Position numbers and translations under genes: made by a program. From an uncultured Poribacteria bacterium (GTDB taxonomy: Bacteria; Poribacteria; WGA-4E; WGA-3G): a DNA stretch of 64,000 nt. Location: the NCBI GenBank assembly GCA_958296135.2, contig CATQHZ020000001.1:4416001-4480000 (forward strand). The letters run 5' to 3'. The notes below the pieces were generated by a model. It was not told where the DNA came from. It ran no database searches and saw only the letters and a program-made list of their open reading frames with translations. Positions 62,298-64,000 of the stretch are shown here, piece by piece (the first letter of the stretch is position 1; each line of letters opens with the position of its first letter).

Positions 62298-62459
62298 TTA
62301 ACTGGCGTAAAGTGAGGGGGGGGTGATCCGGTCTAGGGCATCATCAACGGGAGGCGCAAACGCAAACGGGGATACGGCGCGCAGCCGCGGTGGCTTCAGC
62401 GTCGCTTTCCCAGATATCTGCAGGCGAATCGGGTGATCCGCGCGGAATAGAGTGTTCAC
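62298..62459 (-). CDS. Putative 53-aa leader peptide MNTLFRADHPIRLQISGKATLKPPRLRAVSPFAFAPPVDDALDRITPPSLYAS
   Basis: AAAGGAG RBS 7 nt before GTG; homologous to the uORF at 8404..8748; C8 tract. Not in the ORF track; translated by hand. Confidence 0.65.
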   Translation of the reverse strand: MNTLFRADHPIRLQISGKATLKPPRLRAVSPFAFAPPVDDALDRITPPSLYAS

Positions 62460-62516
62460 GTTCGTGCTCCTTTATTAGTTGCGTTAAATTTCGTGCCCTA
62501 AATTAATGACATAAAT

Positions 62517-62545
62517 ATTATACCACATTTTTTTGCGATTGTCAA
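62517..62545 (-). promoter_or_regulatory. Consensus sigma70 promoter TTGACA-17-TATAAT driving a ~650-nt leader
   Basis: Perfect hexamers and spacing. Confidence 0.8.
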
Positions 62546-62624
62546 ATTAAAATGTGATTTTTTTAGATGCTATCATTTTTTAACGTTTTCGTCAAGGTTT
62601 AGGTTACAGCATCCAGGTCCAGAG

Positions 62625-63570
62625 CGGCCCTTTTCACCGTAGCGCGAGGGAAAACCCGGCGATCGCGAATCGCCGAGGGGTCCCCTCGCGAAGCTCTTAT
62701 TAACCGTAGGGCGAGGGCCGTTACGCCGAAACTTTGTCATCTCTGCAGCCTCGCTGCAGAGATGTCCACTGTCCCTCGCGATCGCTCGACCTAAATCAAA
62801 ACCGCCGAAACCCCGTACACCGCTATCTCCTCTTCAGACCGCTGCATGGCGCGGCACAGGACCGCGCCCTACGGACTAAGGGGCTTTTCACCGCGGCATG
62901 GCGCGGCACAGGACCGCGCCCTACGGACTAAGGGGCTTTTCACCGCGGCCTGGCGCGGCACAGGACCGCGCCCTACGGACTAAGGGGCATTTGCACCGCA
63001 GCGCGGGGGAAACCTGTCCCTCGCCAAACGGCCCCTTTTCACCGTCGCGCGAGGGCCCGGCGATCACTAATCGCCGAGGGTTCCCCTCGCTATCTACCGA
63101 CAGACACAAAAAACAACCGAAACCCCGTGCTGCGGCCATCTCCTTTTCAGACCGCAGCACGGCGCAGCACAGGACCGCGCCCTACGGACTAAGGCACCTC
63201 TTCACCGTAGCGCGAGGGCCTGTTCGCCGCGAAACGGCCCCTTTCACCGTAGCGCGAGGGCCCGGCGATCGCGAATCGCCGAGGGTTCCCCTCGCGATCG
63301 TCCGAACCACACGAACCCCCCCTTTCACCGTCGCGCGGCGGCCTGTCCCTCGCGATCCTCCTTGATAGACCGATGCATGGCGCGGCACAGGACCGCGCCC
63401 TACGGACTAAGAAGCATTTTTACCCGCGCGAAAGAGGCCCCTTTCACCGCAGCATGGCGCGGCACAAGACCGCGCCCTACGGACTAAGGGCCTTTTTCAC
63501 CGACGCATGGCGCGGCACAGGACCGCGCCCTACGGACTAAGGGCCTTTTCACCGACGGCCCCTTTTTACC
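62625..63570. repeat. Mosaic REP/REPIN-like array (right), same orientation as the left array
   Basis: Seven copies of the 33-bp core; 63232-63410 closely matches 57391-57573. Confidence 0.9.
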
Positions 63571-63605
63571 ATCGCACCAGCAATCGTTCGCGCAAAGCAC
63601 GGCGT

Positions 63606-64000
63606 TCAATTCCGCGACTCAGGAATAACCGTTAGCGTTACCCGATTTCCATCTCGCAACACGACAACCTCCACGGGTTCACCGATTTTCACTGCATCCA
63701 AAGCATAGGTATAATCGTAAATATTGGCAATCTGCTGGCCACCAAACTCAACAAGCACATCGCCGCCTTTTAAGCCTGCTTTATCGGCGGGCCCTCCGGC
63801 ACGGACACCGGCGAGTTTCACGCCAGCAATATCGGTGCTGTAATCGGGAATAGTCCCCAAGTAAGCCCGAAGCGTGTCGCGAGAACCGCCGCCCGACTGA
63901 CTTCGCGCAACTTCCACGTATTCAGGCCGTTCGGCGGCAGCCGTTAAGTCCAACAGTAAACCGTGCACGAGCTGCGTCAGCCGCTCCAGGCCCTCATAGT
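63606..64000 (-). CDS. C-terminal part of a PDZ-domain protein, probably an M28-family peptidase (runs off the window)
   Basis: YLGTIPDYS, GVRAGGPADKAGLKGGDV, IANIYDYTYAL. Confidence 0.8.
   Translation of the reverse strand, partial: YEGLERLTQLVHGLLLDLTAAAERPEYVEVARSQSGGGSRDTLRAYLGTIPDYSTDIAGVKLAGVRAGGPADKAGLKGGDVLVEFGGQQIANIYDYTYALDAVKIGEPVEVVVLRDGNRVTLTVIPESRN

Noticed and set aside
56992-63388. ORFs with repeated MARHRTAPYGLR / AQDRALRTK peptides in the arrays
   Set aside because: These are translations of the DNA repeats; there is no RBS and the frames are inconsistent.
62840-63560. CRISPR array (33-bp unit repeated at ~52-bp spacing in places)
   Set aside because: The intervening sequences are similar to each other and vary from ~19 to >170 bp. 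The units end in a REP-type CTAC and no cas genes are present.

Overview
Bacterial chromosomal window, about 55% GC by eye, with no rRNA, tRNA or CRISPR array. The gene mix suggests Candidatus Poribacteria (inference). It includes five secreted LamG-like proteins ending in a shared 'GKL(A/T)xTWGxxK' tail, four PhyH-family dioxygenases, two sulfatase-family genes, three Gfo/Idh/MocA oxidoreductases and an FG-GAP/TPR pair. Housekeeping and transport genes include fdhD, kdsB, pyrG, a pdhB-like gene, a MoxR ATPase, TRAP Q/M permeases and an SSS transporter. Accessory parts are a tandem pair of paralogous nuclease-methyltransferase restriction genes with a separate S subunit, a PIN gene in a duplicated segment, two paralogous lipoproteins next to a Cys-rich alternative sigma factor, and a ~1380-codon secreted protein gene broken by a frameshift around a G9 tract and flanked by ~0.9-kb mosaic REP arrays. 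The most notable signal is two homologous, unannotated leader peptides (RLRAV...D..L.RITPP). Each lies behind a consensus sigma70 promoter in a 500-650 nt structured leader upstream of a secreted-protein gene. Their shared residues use different synonymous codons, but T-P-P is encoded by a pure C8/C9 run whose length decides between early termination and read-through. Nested hairpin insertions inside REP elements are also visible.
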